Part shown: piece after piece, positions 38,765 to 52,829 of the stretch
Layout of the letters: every line of letters begins with the position of its first letter
Numbering within the stretch: position 1 is the first letter of the stretch
From: Octopus sinensis
Lineage: Eukaryota
Direction: 5' to 3'
Assembly: GCF_006345805.1 (NCBI RefSeq)
Contig: NC_043006.1
Coordinates: forward strand, 10,044,001 to 10,108,000
Length of the DNA stretch: 64,000 nt
The notes under the pieces: model-generated
What the model saw: the letters and a program-made list of their open reading frames with translations, nothing else
What the model was told of the DNA's origin: nothing
The model's database searches: none
Made by a program: the position numbers and the translations under genes

Positions 38765-38856
38765 GTTACTCTGAGTTTCACGTTCCCGTTCGTCGGACAG
38801 TTTTTGTTAGAAGAAACTGTCCGACGAACGGGAACGTGAAACTCAGAGTAACAGGT
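38765..38856 (+). ncRNA. Minimal type-I hammerhead-ribozyme-like motif (38814-38856) with a perfect inverted duplicate (38765-38803)
   Basis: CTGT-CCGACGA-ACG(GGAA)CGT-GAA-ACTC(A)GAGT-A-ACAG gives helices I, II and III and a GUA cleavage triplet; the core differs from CUGANGA only at U4 (C). Confidence 0.65.
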
Positions 38857-38971
38857 TTTGTTGAATTTTCTGCTGCTTTTAAATAAAGCATATTACTCTA
38901 CCCCTGGTATTTGAGTACTCTTTTTTCCACCTTGTTTCACATTTTTATATATATATATATATATATATATG

Positions 38972-39340
38972 GGAAGCACTCCGTCGGTTACGACGACGAA
39001 GTTCCGATCAACGGAACAGCCTGCTCGTGAAATTAACGTGTAAGTGGCTGAGCACTCCACAGACACGTGTACCCTTAACGTAGTTCTCGGGGATATTCAG
39101 CGTGACACAGAGAGCGACAAGGCCGACCCTTTGAAATAAAGATACAACAGAAACAGGAAGTAAGAGTGAGAGAAGTTGTGCTGAAAGAGTATAGCAGGGA
39201 TCACCACCATCCCTGCCGGGCCTCGTTGAGCTTTAGGTGTTTTTCGCTCAATAAACACTCACAACGCCCGGTCTGGGAATCGAAACCGCGATCCTACGAC
39301 CGCGAGCCCGCTGCCCTAACCACTAGGCCATTGCGCCTCC
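38972..39340 (-). mobile_element. tRNA-headed SINE, third family, near full-length
   Basis: A and B boxes in the head; highly similar to 52449-52829 and 58789-59171. Confidence 0.93.
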
Positions 39341-40214
39341 ACACACACATATATATATATATATATATGTATGTATATATGTATGTATGTATTATGTATG
39401 TATTATGTATGTATGTATGTATGTATGTGTAAATGTAAGAAATTACTGTTGACAAGTCTGCTCAACAACTCTGCGTTCTAGTAAAATTACGTTTAACAGG
39501 ACAGCATTTACCAAAACAATGCATTAGAAGAAAACTTGTAAGAATATAGGAAAATGTAAATATCAAACCGAAAACCCATAACGAAAAGAAAAAAAAGAAA
39601 AAAAACCAGACATACAATTGATAGTGGAATGATTGAATCGAAGATACTCAAAAACTTGGGCTGTTTAAGTAATAAACACTATCCCCTTGTTATTAATTTA
39701 ACCATGTATTCGCTATATTATTTTCAGGAAAGTAAGAATGAGTTGCTCATTAAAATTGCTTGTATGTGATCATTGGAATGGGTTGTGGGAAACAGGAGCC
39801 ATTTTTTTAGGAAAAATCAGAAGCGTCGTCAGAACATACTAATATCTGTGACTTCATTTGATTATCAGATAACTCAATATATTTTTAAAAAATCAAATGA
39901 GGATTCATTAAAAGCACGGGATCTTATATAGAACGGAACAACTGATGTGAGTTACACATAGACTGATTCTATAAAATGCGGCAGGGAGGATTATATTTAA
40001 GTGCTGAAACTAAATCGTGCTGTAAAGGTACAACGTAATATTAGATGAGTATATCTCACAGAACTGGATACAGCCACCTTCACCTTACTGTTGTTTTAAT
40101 GAAGGGAACATAATGGAGCTGCGTACAGTACTTTTATCAGTTTTTCTTCTTAATAAGCGGTCACTAACACTCGCTGTTTTTTCCATTTATTACATGAATA
40201 TTACTAAAGGTGAG

Positions 40215-40400
40215 GAACTGACAAAATCGTTAAAACGCCCAGCAAAATGCTCAGGCGGTATTTCGTACATTTTAACACTCTGTGTTCAAGTTCCGCCGAC
40301 TTTGAATTGGTCTTTATTCTGGAAAAAATAAAGCACAAGCGAAATACTGGGGTCAATGTGATTGTCTTTCTCCTTCTCACACAATTCCAGGCCTTGTGCA
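40215..40400 (+). mobile_element. Degenerate copy of the second SINE family
   Basis: AGGTGAGGAACTG..AAAATGCTCAGGCGGTATTTCG..GTTCAAGTTCCGCCGAC. Confidence 0.7.
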
Positions 40401-41287
40401 TATAGTAGAAATGACTACATAAATATTAACTTTTACCATTTTTGAAAAACGAACTTCTCATTTGTTGATGCATAATATTGTACACCCGTTTTTGTCGCGA
40501 GAGAATTATCATCAATACCATTATACTTCTTGCCTGCATTTAAACTCAGATTGTATGCAGATTTAGCCATGGACAAAAATAAACTTCCTGTTAATTCACA
40601 ATTGACTGCACATATTTATATACACGATTTGGTTTTTTTTTAATTTTTATTATTTTGAGGATTTCATAGAATTCATCTTCCCGAAGTAGTTGGCACCTTT
40701 AGACAATTTATAGATTATCCTGTTCTCATTATAGATTTTTCAATTAAGAAAGTGAATAATTTGTTGCTAGCGTGATTTCGATGCACGGATCTTTGTCTAT
40801 AGAACTCCTAGTACTCGAAGGTATATAATTTGAGTTGACGAATTACAAATCTAAACACGTTGTACAATGCGGTTTGATGAAAATTTAGATTTTAAATGAT
40901 TGGGAGAATTTTTCATATGTGCGTGTGTGAGTGTGTGTGCGTTTGTGTCTGTGATCATGTATAATTTTTGTGAATGTGTACTTAAATAGTTGTATGTATA
41001 TATATATATATATATATATAGCCTTATTCTTTTATGGTGTATGTTGCTCTGCACAAACGCCCTCTCGTAATGGACTAAGATTATTACTGCTCATTTCCCT
41101 AATAATATTCCAAAAACTGTATTAGAAATCATCGTTTCTGCTTAATGTAGTAAAATTAATTATTCCTAATACAAATAATAAGCAACACACACATATACAC
41201 ACGCATATACTCATACACAAACACACACACACACATATATATATGTATCTGTGTCTAAGCATACATATTATATACACTTATGCATGC

Positions 41288-41318
<31 letters not shown>

Positions 41319-41440
41319 ATATATATACATACACACACATTCACACACACACACTCATATATATATATACACACCACACATACATAATATATATATTATA
41401 TATATATATATACATACACACACATTCACACACACACACA

Positions 41441-41534
<94 letters not shown>

Positions 41535-42362
41535 AGTTCCTTTATTCAAGTAGTAATTTTGAAAATATCAATTCGTAATCTAGAGATTCAAAACAGTATC
41601 ACATCCATTAGGGTTCTAATTTCATTCACAGCTTTGCTGAGGCAGGCTATAATTTCTATCACTTAAATATGTAAGTTATCACCAACATTTTCGTTCACAT
41701 TCAATTAGAGATTTAATGACTCTGCTGCGATACAAATGTAATACAACATTGTCGTATTGACTGCAGTAGAACTTGCAAACCTCACTATCATTTTTTCATA
41801 TACATATTTATATTTTTTGCTTGCCTTGATTTTGTCATAAAATTAAAATCGATGTTATATCGATTCTTTATCTAAACACAAACCTCCAGCTTCATTGCCA
41901 AAATATATTAAACGTATGTTTCAATTACACATTTTGTGAAGTAAACGAAACGCGAGAAATTTTTTCAATGATGTTTCAATTCTATGTTAATGCCTTTGTC
42001 ATCAGTTTCACGAATCATGTATAAACCTTCTTCTTTCCTGGGTTAGTGAATGGCTGTTGCTCGTTGTATCTAGGTTCCCAAGTTATAGATATAATTTTCT
42101 CCCTTCTATATTGATCATTTCTGCTTGTCGTCGCTTGGTGTTCATGATTGGCCAGTAGACTTGGCGTCTGGTTATAATTCGCTTATCTATCTTTCCTCTC
42201 ACAGAAGGGTTGCTTTGGTATTATAGAGAATATCAACCAGGAAGGAATGACTTCAAAATAGAATTACTATCAACCCATAACTACAGAACAAAGGCAATTG
42301 GTGGGGAGTACGATACTAATAATATTAAGGTCTGAGAGTTTTGCTTATGGTAATGTTTAAAC

Positions 42363-42594
42363 AAGGCGGTGAGGTGGCAGAATCGCTAGCACACAGGGCG
42401 AAATGCTTAGCGGTATTTCGTCTGCCGTTACGTTCTGAGTTCAAATTCCGCCGAGGTCGACTTTGCCTTTCGTCCTTTCAGGATCGATTAAGTAAGTACC
42501 AGTTACGCACTAGAGTCGATATAATTGATTTAATCCGTTTGTCTGTCCTTGTCTGCCCTCTCTTTGTATAGCTCCTTGTGGGTAGTAAAGAAAT
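42363..42594 (+). mobile_element. tRNA-derived SINE, second family, with a perfect 15-bp TSD
   Basis: TSD TGGTAATGTTTAAAC at 42348-42362 and 42595-42609 defines the ends (AAGGCGG...GTAAAGAAAT). Confidence 0.95.
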
Positions 42595-42759
42595 TGGTAA
42601 TGTTTAAACTAGAAACAAAACTATATTTTTTCTATAGAAATACAAGGCAACTACTTCTTGTCTAACCTCGCAAATTAATTGTTGCCGTATTACATGAGAC
42701 TAAAAAGGCCTTTTAAAATGTACATATAAGAAAAACATACATCTCATAATATTGATTTC

Positions 42760-42960
42760 GAGTTTTGGCATAAGGGGTGGGGACACATCGATTACAACGA
42801 TATCAGAACTCAAATGGTACTTATTTTATCGACCCCGAAACAATGAAATGAAAGTCGACCTCGTCGGAATTTTAACTCAGTACGTGAAGAGAGGGATGAA
42901 ATGCTAAGGATTTTGCCTGGCGTGCTAACGATTCTGTCAGTTCACTGCCTTCATGCACCC
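42760..42960 (-). mobile_element. Second-family SINE, inverted partial copy
   Basis: TTTTATCGACCCCGAAA..AAGTCGACCTCGTCGGAATT..GCCTGGCGTGCTAACGATTCTG. Confidence 0.85.
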
Positions 42961-43395
42961 TTTAATATGATAATATGTTATTTAGATTTAGAAGTATCTG
43001 TAAATATTTTTGACTACAGTGTATACATTGTCACGCTACAACATAGATTAAAACTATATCGGTTACGACAGATTTGCAATAAGTTGAGTTGGTTACGTAC
43101 TATTAACGGACACAGTAGCAATTAATGAACACAAGAAATGGAATTACTAGTTGATATATTTTATTCTTTTATTTTCGCATCTATATTGGTTAACTGTAAT
43201 TTATTTATGTAAGTGGTTGGTAGTTCCCGATGCTTCCCTTCAAATATGCTAACAGAGGCAACAAAACGATTCTGCATTTATCAATAAATTTCATTTCGCG
43301 GTGTTTTAGCCATTTGTGTTTCACTTTGCAAAATGATACACGGAAGCAGAATGTGTTGAATATATGCTCTTATATGCTAAGAGATTACTCAATGC

Positions 43396-43443
<48 letters not shown>

Positions 43444-43552
43444 ATATATATATATATTATATATATAAATTTTATATTATACCTGTTTCGAGTGATAAGT
43501 TTATATATAAGTTATATATATATTATATATATATATATATATGTATATATAT

Positions 43553-43650
43553 AAATTTTACTTATTTATTTATACCTGTTTCGAGTGATAAGTTTCCTAC
43601 ATTGCACCGTTTTTGTCTCAGAATTTCACTCTCACCGAATATATATCTAT

Positions 43651-43688
<38 letters not shown>

Positions 43689-43689
43689 G

Positions 43690-43739
<50 letters not shown>

Positions 43740-43759
43740 ATAATATATATATACTATAT

Positions 43760-43802
<43 letters not shown>

Positions 43803-43982
43803 ATGTGTGTATAGATATATTATATACATAATATATATAATATATATATTATATAGAGAGATATATTATGTGTGTGTGTGTGTGTATAGATATATAATTC
43901 AGTGACAGTGAAATTCTGAGACAAAAACCGGTGCAATGTAGGAAAACTTATCACTCGAAACAGGTATAAATAAATAAAATTT
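43553..43982. repeat. ~95-bp inverted repeat enclosing an (AT)/(AC) microsatellite; MITE-like
   Basis: TATACCTGTTTCGAGTGATAAGTTTCCTACATTGCACCG..GTCTCAGAATTTCAC (43571-43629) and its reverse complement at ~43907-43968. Confidence 0.85.
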
Positions 43983-45206
43983 GCAAACTACGAATGATTA
44001 TACCTGACCTTAAGCTATTTGTAGACATCTTTCAATGGATGACAAATGTTAAAATATGATGGCATCACGTGGAAAGATTTCCGCTCAAGAAAATTTAATA
44101 AACTAGATCCGTATTGGGAAAAAAATATTATTTTAATATTTTATGGGAATAGTCAACTGCTACGGAAACCTAAGCATGCAAGCATCAAAACTGGTCTAAA
44201 CATTATTTTATATTACACTCTCATATAACCCCGTACCATTGCATTTCGAAAAATTCACTATATGACTTCTATGTAACCGGATCTACTAAACTTGAAACAA
44301 AAAATATCCATCAGCTTGATTCCGATACAAAAATAAAGTGATTAATCATAGCGTGACAAAGAAATTCGGACATCGACTGAGACAAATATCCTTATTTAAA
44401 TTAGTATATACATTTAAAATTGATGTGTTGTATTCAAGATATTTTATTTAACTAAATTATACGTTACAGACGACTTAAACAGAATTCAGTACTATTAAAA
44501 GCTCTCTTAAATATTTAAAAGAAAACACGATACAATAATTATTAATATTATTTTGAAAAAAAATCATTCGCAGAACCATTAAAACATAATTACTGACGAA
44601 ATGTAGTTTCATTCGTGCCATGATTTGATAATAATTAGATATTCAAATTGAATATTTCAATTGGTATTATGAAATATTTTTGTACAACAGTAAACTGTAG
44701 TGTACGCAGAAATGGAGATGCAGAACCATTAATGATAACACATTCACAATAAGTAATCGTGATTTAAACTTAACATCAATCTTCAAAGTTTACATAATAA
44801 ACAGAGCAATTATTTAACTCGAAGGAGCCCTAAAACTCAGAAATAATGAAGTAAAAACGGGATTATTTTGTACTGGTTAATAGTTAAAAATTCTATAATC
44901 TTGAAGCTTTGTAACAGTAAGAATAACTTAACTGTACCTTTCTATTATTCTCGAAGTATAATGACGTTGTATAGCATTGCACTCGTGCTATTTCTTAGAT
45001 TTATACATTGAAATTGTCTGGTTTAGTCACTAATATTTGCAAAACATCCTGCTACGAAATGATAATGTTTTCATCCCCAAACATTTCAATTCTATATTGT
45101 AATGAGTCTAATTCTCTATGTAGGAAATAAAAACTCAAAAGAGTTTTCTAGTCCAGTATAAAATAAATACAATTGCCGGTATATATACACACACACACAC
45201 CACACA

Positions 45207-45255
<49 letters not shown>

Positions 45256-45274
45256 TATATATATATATATTTAA

Positions 45275-45476
45275 TTCTTTTACTTGTTTCGTTCATCTCA
45301 CTGCCGCGAAGCTAGAGTACTACCTTAAAATGTTTTAGTTGAATGAATCAACTACAGACTTATTTTTGTTAAAACGTACTACATTTTCTATCGGTCTGTT
45401 TTTCCGACCACTAAGTTACGGACACACACAGAGACACACACACACTCACACACACAGACACACACACACGTGCACA

Positions 45477-45553
<77 letters not shown>

Positions 45554-46005
45554 AGTCGTAGCGTCGATTTGTTGGATTAAATGACTCTTCAAAACAGTGT
45601 TATAGCATGGGAAGACATATTGGGGGTTATAGCATATGATTTTTCAGGACCGTTCAGATATATCGGGCGCAAGGGTCCAGGTGCAATGGTGGGTACGAAA
45701 ACAAGTGATAATTCCAAACAATTCTATGCAGCATATATTTCCATGCTGGAGCACCGCCTGAAGGGTCGTTTACTGGAACAAGTCGAGCTCACAACTTATT
45801 TCTTAAGTCCGGTATTCGTTCCGTCGATCACTTCTGGCGATTCGCCAACATACGAGGGCGTAAACACCACACCAATGGTTGTCGAACGGTGATGAGTGGA
45901 CTGACACAACAGAAAAGCAAACACACTAACGTATATATAGGTGTCACGCAGCGGGACAGAACTGGGAACGATATGGTAGGGAAGCAAGTTTCTTACCACA
46001 CGGTA
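45275..46005 (-). mobile_element. Two degenerate CORE-type SINE fragments (45275-45425 and 45735-46005)
   Basis: CTTTTACTTGTTTC..CTATCGGTCT; CCATGCTGGAGCACCGCC..AGGTGTCACGCAG..CTTACCACAC. Confidence 0.75.
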
Positions 46006-46120
46006 AGTATGTAAGTATATATGTATATATGTATATATATACACACACACACACACATACACATATATATATACATACATACACACATACACATATATAT
46101 ACATACATACACACACACAC

Positions 46121-46192
<72 letters not shown>

Positions 46193-46209
46193 AAGGCTAC
46201 CATTGTATT

Positions 46210-47290
46210 CATGTTAAGGAAATTGGGAAAGTATCTAAGTGGTTTAGCAATTTTTCAAGCCTATCATATGAGAAAGGTGTTCCCCTACATGATATACAAT
46301 ATTCGCCGCCTCCATGATATGGATAGTATATGGAATGAATTATGTAAAATATTTACATCCACAATTAGTACAAACCGTAAAGAAGTTAATTTTCTAGACC
46401 ATAACATGAAAACTTAAACCCTACCATAAACAAAAGAAGTTCTTATGCATAGAAATATGTTCCAAACACCTACAAGCAGTAAGTAAACAAATGGTTAACA
46501 ACATAAGCAAGCGTGTCTCCAATCTATCTGTCAACAAAGACACGTTTGAATAGCCTCTCCATATTATAATGCTGCATTAGAAAGGTCCAACTTCAAGAAG
46601 AGCATAGACTACATTGAACCAAATATAAATTGAGCAAGAAAAGGCAGACAGAGGAAAATCTTATGGTTCAATCCACATTATAGCATGAATGTAGCTAAGT
46701 AATTATTAAAACTAATAGACAACCACTTTCCACATTCACATCCATACCACAAGAACTTCAACAGAAATACTGCTATAGATAGCTATAGTTGCTTACCAAT
46801 ACAGGATCAATAATACTCAACCACAATAAATATAAACACACCAAAAACACCCCGGAAATACAATGCAACCGCAGAACCCTAAACCGTTGCCCTCTAAACA
46901 ACAAGAGTCTCGAGAAGGACCAAGATCATAGACTCGAACGGAACAGCAAAGACAAACATCAGAATGACGGGCAACTTGGTCAAGGAAATGTATACATAAC
47001 ATCTTGCGTCACTCAAAGACAAAAGCAAAACAAAAAGCATGCGACATCTCTATCAAATATAATATGGAATTTAAATGAAAGTAGACTACGCAAATTTCAG
47101 ATAGAATGGAAAATTATTGCTAACGTCACAGAATACACAAGTCGGGGTACCAAATGTAAACTCTGTATTACTGAAAAATTAAACATTATACAATCAACAG
47201 TTATTATCTTAAACATTAGAGATGAAAGCTTCTCTCCCTGCATGCACAAGCAACATTTTACTCTCAAATATTTCAAAGAGGAACCCCTAT
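46210..47290 (+). mobile_element. Decayed Penelope-like element (Poseidon/Penelope-type): RT thumb plus GIY-YIG region
   Basis: Across frameshifts it reads [48 protein letters not shown] and WKII....SRGTKCKLCITEK. Confidence 0.88.
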
Positions 47291-47830
47291 AGACTAGGGC
47301 AACCCCACCAGCATACCCCCTTTCCTAAACGTAAGCACACATAGTACACAAACTTCACACAAAGAAGTAAGCGCTAATGAAGAAATATCTAAAAATACAA
47401 GTGCAAGATCACCATGACCCTCGCAAAAAAAAATTGAAAATAATGATAATAATTTAACCACAAATAAATACCCAAAACACAGATCCAAGGGGGAAAACAT
47501 CCAAAATATTCCACTCAAGAGTAACGTCCTTCGATTCATTCATTCATTGTTTTATTTAAACGAAGTTACGATAACTGCCGTGGACGAAGTAAGACTGTTT
47601 TATAAAATGGAGGCGAACACCTTTCTGGATGCGATCAGCTTGAAAAGTTGTTAAGACACTAAGATAATTTCCAACTTTTGTTAACATGAAATGAAAGGTA
47701 GTTTTAATTCATAAATAAATTACATATTCACCAATGCGAAGTTGAGCATTCATTTCATCGTTCGATATCAAAATATATATGTGTGTGTGTGTGTGTAGAT
47801 ATATACATATGTATAATATATATATATATA

Positions 47831-48208
47831 CACTACCGTCAGAAATTAATTAGCACCCTTGATTTGCTCTTCACTCAAGGTATGTGCTATCACCTAGTGG
47901 CCATATCTCGAACTATTGCTTTGTTGCGAGTTCACTGTTGCGCAGAACGATGACGTAACTTTGTTTGCAGAGCAGTTTGAGAGTCTACAGCCTTATGATG
48001 TTGACATAGCAGTGCAACAACTTGGAGTGCGGATGCAGACAAATGTTCCTTTCTTTAATAGATATAGGTAGCGCCTCGCAAGGACCGAAATCACACCATA
48101 CAAAGTTTTCTCATCGACTAAGACGTTTTGAACAGCTCATAAGGTTAATTGATTTAACCTATTTAATGTAGAAATTTGAGAAGTGCTAATTAATTTCTGA
48201 CGCATGTG
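47831..48208. mobile_element. Tc1/mariner-type deletion derivative (~380 bp)
   Basis: 26-bp TIRs CACTACCGTCAGAAATTAATTAGCAC and GTGCTAATTAATTTCTGACGCATGTG, each flanked by TA. Confidence 0.8.
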
Positions 48209-48640
48209 TATGTGTATATATATATATATATATATTGCCATATAAATATATAACAATATATATATATGTGTGTGTGTGCAGAGAGAGAGAGAAGGAGAAA
48301 AAGAGAGAGTCAGAAAGTGAAACGTTCATTTATTTATAGATGAGGAACTGCATCAGCAATTCAAGAGCCTGCTTCCCTATTTATGAGAGAATTTTCCTGA
48401 AGTTGAATTGGATTTCAAAATTTCATGTTAGTTAGAAGAAAACTTTATAGTTTAAGAAGTTTCAAAATTCCAGCTTAATCATAGTTCAGTTCTAATTTAT
48501 TTCAGAATATTGAAAACAAATCAGTGCATGATATAGTAATATACAAATGCATGTAAACTTACGTTAAGCAGATAATAATACTTACTGATATATTTATATT
48601 CGCACATATATATATATATAATAGTTTCTTTGTGTGATTG

Positions 48641-48691
<51 letters not shown>

Positions 48692-49049
48692 GTACACAGA
48701 CACGTTCGTGCGCACACACGTACATATAAAATAACAATATATCTGTATAAGCTTATATATTTGAGTGTACGGAATGTGCGTGTGTATATTACAGCTATGC
48801 ATATTCATTTATTTATGAATTACAATGTTGTAATTAATGTTTTAGTACTTAAGATCACACGATGATTTTAATGTTGTTTAATAGGTAATTTATTTCCTGT
48901 TTCCTACATGAAATATATCTGAGTTTGTAAAGATTGATTATGAAATACATGGACCTTGAATAAACTACATGCGATTTTACCATAAATACTATATGAATGT
49001 ACCACTGTATGTACTCCCAGTACCTTTTCTTTCATTCGTGCATATGTAT

Positions 49050-49460
49050 TCATTTTCTGTCAAACAAATCCACTCACAACGATTTGGTCAGCCTGAGGCT
49101 ATAGCAGAAGACACTTGTCAAGAGTGCAACGCAGTGGGACTGAGCCTGGAACCAAGTGGTTGGGAAGTAGGCAGCTTAGCACACAGCCGCGACTGCACCT
49201 GTACGTATATTTTAATATATATATATATATGTGTAGATATACACACACACATACGCACACCCACACGCACACATACACAAAAATATGTATATAAACGCAC
49301 GTGTATATATAGCATTTTATTCTTATACATATTTCCGTCATTTGATAGCGGCCATGATAGAACATCACATTTAGTCGAAGTAATTGATCCCAGGACTTGG
49401 TACACCTAGTACTTATTCAATTGGTTTCATTTTTCGAGCATTAAGTTGTTGCTGGGACGT
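49050..49460 (-). mobile_element. Two CORE-type SINE fragments (head 49050-49200; tail 49330-49460, cut by the RTE)
   Basis: AAATCCACTCACAA..GAGGCTATAGCAGAAGACACTTG..; TCATTTGATAGCGGCCATG..CCTAGTACTTATTC. Confidence 0.75.
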
Positions 49461-49463
49461 AAT

Positions 49464-50002
49464 GATAATTCCAGACACACAGATCCTGAGGTCAGCTGAT
49501 ATCTTGAGTATTGAGGCGATGGTACACAAGCACCGGTTGCGCTGGACTGGACACCTTATTAGAATGGAGGATAGAAGGATTCCTAAGCAGATGCTCTATG
49601 GAGAACTTGTGAATGGAAGGAGACTCCGGCAGAAACCAAGGTTACGATTTAAGGACTGTGTCAAGTCCTCGTTAAAGGCTTTTGATATACAGGACACTGA
49701 CTGGGAGAACAATGCCTGTCATCGCCACATATGGAGGGAGTAGGTTAAGGAGGAGATCGACACTTTTGAGAGAGCACGTATCCAGCATGAAGAACTTAAG
49801 CGAGCTGTGCGAAAGCGCACGGCTCGTATAGTGAATGGGGAAAGCTTGGTCTGCAATGTTTGCAGTCGTGTATGCTTGTCAAGAGCAGGGCTCATTAGCC
49901 ACCAACGGAGCCGCAAAAGCAAAATATAAGTTAGTCCTAGTGCGCACAATGTTCCTGAAGGTCGGCAGTGGTCTTCCTCGGTCACGAGTGGACGGCCATC
50001 AT
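49464..50002 (+). mobile_element. RTE-clade LINE 3' fragment
   Basis: RLRWTGHLIRMEDRRIPKQMLYGEL..R...KPRLRFKD followed by the C-terminal CNVCSRVCLSRAGLISHQR zinc finger; one in-frame stop at ~49741. Confidence 0.92.
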
Positions 50003-50399
50003 GTATGCATGTATGTATGTATGTATGTATGTATGTATATGTATATTCTTGTATACATATATATATAGATGACCTCTTGAGAAAGTTATACGGACCCAAA
50101 TTGTGTATATATATATATATATACATTAGGTGTGCTGTAATTTGTCGGATCAATCTAAACTTTTTATTGAATACATATTTATCGTTCGCACAAACGCATA
50201 TTATCAACCGTGACGCCGAAGTTTTGTTAGTGTTTTGACCTACAATCTAAAACTCACTCTTGCGAATTCTTTCTAATCCTCATGAAGGAATAGAATATTT
50301 TATTGTGAGTAAGAACTTTAGCTCACATTAACATATGTAAGGCGAGCTAGCACATACACTGTATATCAGTGCCAGACAAAATGTGAAGTGTCCCTAAAT

Positions 50400-50732
50400 C
50401 AGTGGTTCTCAACTGGGGTCAATATTATCTCTAAGGGCCCATATAAGGTTTTGGGGAGGTCCAACTACAAAATTGCAAATCGGGGATCTACAATAGTATA
50501 TTAAGATCCGGTGAAAAAAAATGCTTTAGATGTATCTATTGGTATGTATTGCAAGAAACAACTAACACAGACATAGTTTCAACATACAGAATTTTATGTG
50601 TGTAAAAGAGAATAGAAAATTGGAAAGATATTTCTATAAAACGAGTTTTTAATCATTGAATGGTTATAGGGGTCCCCCAGAATAAAATAGTAATCAAAGG
50701 ATCCATAAGCAAAAAAAGGTGGAGAACTCCTG
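50400..50732. mobile_element. hAT (Charlie-like) non-autonomous element
   Basis: TIRs CAGTGGTTCTCAAC and GTGGAGAACTCCTG; 8-bp TSD CCCTAAAT/CTCTAAAT (7/8 match). Confidence 0.82.
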
Positions 50733-51275
50733 CTCTAAATGATATGTATTCTCCATCAGAACCAATTTGTTTACTAGATTTCGTGTTCCAAATAAGAAAA
50801 TATTTGTTAATATTAAGCTACATCAATTCCAACTTAATGCTTTGGATATTTATATCGGTTACATCATATCATTAAAGATTTATTTTACTAAATATTATCT
50901 ATAATATATATCTGATATTGAAAATATACCTCGTTTCTTATAGGAGTAGGAACTTTTCAAACACACCTATTATCTCGTACAATTTTATAAATTTAGCTTA
51001 CAACATAGTTCAACGTACGAATACAAACGGTTGGTGTTTAATACCGTAATTTAGATTTTCCAATATGTTCCAAATCATAAAAGTCATAATACCCTTGCAT
51101 AAAATAAGATTTTACGAGGCTTGTTTTAATGAGGATATGGTAATTTTTTAAAATACTCATATCTGAAATGGTAATAATATATATGTATATATATATGATA
51201 CACAAGTACATATATAACATTGTTTTATATATATAGAGTTATATATGCATTTTAGTATATATGTATTTATATGAA

Positions 51276-51336
<61 letters not shown>

Positions 51337-51690
51337 TATATATATATAATATATATATATATATTATATATATATATAATATATATACACACACACACAC
51401 ACGCACTCAAACATTCATTGCATGTTGTTATGAAATCATGCAAAACGACATACACTCTACACACGAATACATATATTACAAAAAAGAATTCATATATTTA
51501 TATACAGCCACATATATACACATATGCATCAATAAACCTATATAGAAACAGACTCACGCTTGTATGTATGCAAACGCACGTTGATGAATGCATGCATAAG
51601 CATTCACGTACGAAAATTTTGTCCATTTTGAGGTGTGGTGAAGAGAAACAGCCACACAAATAGACTCGACAAGTATTTTGAACAATATAT

Positions 51691-52096
51691 ACTCTTTTTA
51701 CTTGTGTCAGTCATTTGACTGCGGCCATGCTGGAGCACCGCCTTTAATCGAGCAAATCGACCACGGGATTTATTCTTTGTAAGCCCAGTACTTATTCTAT
51801 CGGTCTCTTTTGCCGAACCGCTAAGTGACGGGGACGTAAACACACCAACATCGGTTGTCAAGCAATGCTAGGGGAACAAACACAGACACACAAACATATT
51901 CACACACACACATATATATATACATATATACGACAGGCTTCTTTCAGTTTCCGTCTACCAAATCCACTCACAAGGCATTGGTCGGCCCGGAGCTATAGCA
52001 GAAGACACATGCCCAAGATGCCACGCAGTGAGACTGAACCCGGAACCATGTGGTTGGTTAGCAAGCTACTTACCAAACAGCCACTCCTGCGCCTAT
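51691..52096 (-). mobile_element. Full-length CORE-type tRNA SINE
   Basis: Head ATAGGCGCAGGAGTGGC with a B-box-like GGTTCAGTCTC, CORE-like CTTGGGCATGT, an internal microsatellite, and a tail GGCGGTGCTCCAGCATGGCCGCAGTC. Confidence 0.93.
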
Positions 52097-52448
52097 CAGT
52101 ATTCCAGCAATGAAAAAGCTTCACTCATCAATTTTTCAAAAGGTGTGTGTGTAAATATTTTCCACAGTATTCGATCCTCAAGATTTCTATCATAAAAATA
52201 ACTGAAAGGGAAATATCGTATGAAAATTTAAAATAGAACGTAGTGAAATGTAACGGTGTGTTATAGTCAGTTATCTGTGGTGCGTAGACAAGTTAAAGTT
52301 TAACGGTTAAAAACTATTCACTTATTTTTCTTACATTTTGAAAATCAAATGCGTTTTACACTACTGAAGTATTTGGAAAGGACATCGTTCATGACTAGTT
52401 GGAGGATCTGTAAAAATGCATCGGACAGGAACTTTTCCATAGATGGAT

Positions 52449-52829
52449 GGAAGCACCTCGTCGGTTACGACGATGAGGGTTCCGGTTGATCCGATCAACG
52501 GAACAGTCTGCTCTTGAAATTAACGTGTAAGTGGCTGAGCACTCCACAGACACGTGTACCCTTAACGCAGTTCTCGGGGATATTCAGCGTGACACAGAGA
52601 GTGACAAGGCCGGCCCTTTGAAATACAGGTACAACAGAAACAGGAAGTAAGAGTGAAAGAAAGTTGTGGTGAAAGAGTACAGCAGGGATCACCACCATCC
52701 CCTGCCGGAGCCTCGTGGAGCTTTAGGTGTTTTCGCTCAATAAACGCTCACAACGCCCGGTCTGGGAATCGAAACCACGATCCTACGACCGCGAGTCCGC
52801 TGCCCTAACCACTGGGCCATTGCGCCTCC
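52449..52829 (-). mobile_element. tRNA-headed SINE, third family
   Basis: Collinear with 38972-39340; probable degenerate TSD ACTT(T)TCC.TAGAT. Confidence 0.93.

Noticed and set aside
39270-39340. tRNA-like sequences here and at 18730-18795, 52760-52829, 59100-59171 and 52020-52096
   Set aside because: They are SINE heads, each followed by a shared SINE body and without a proper acceptor stem, so not tRNA genes.
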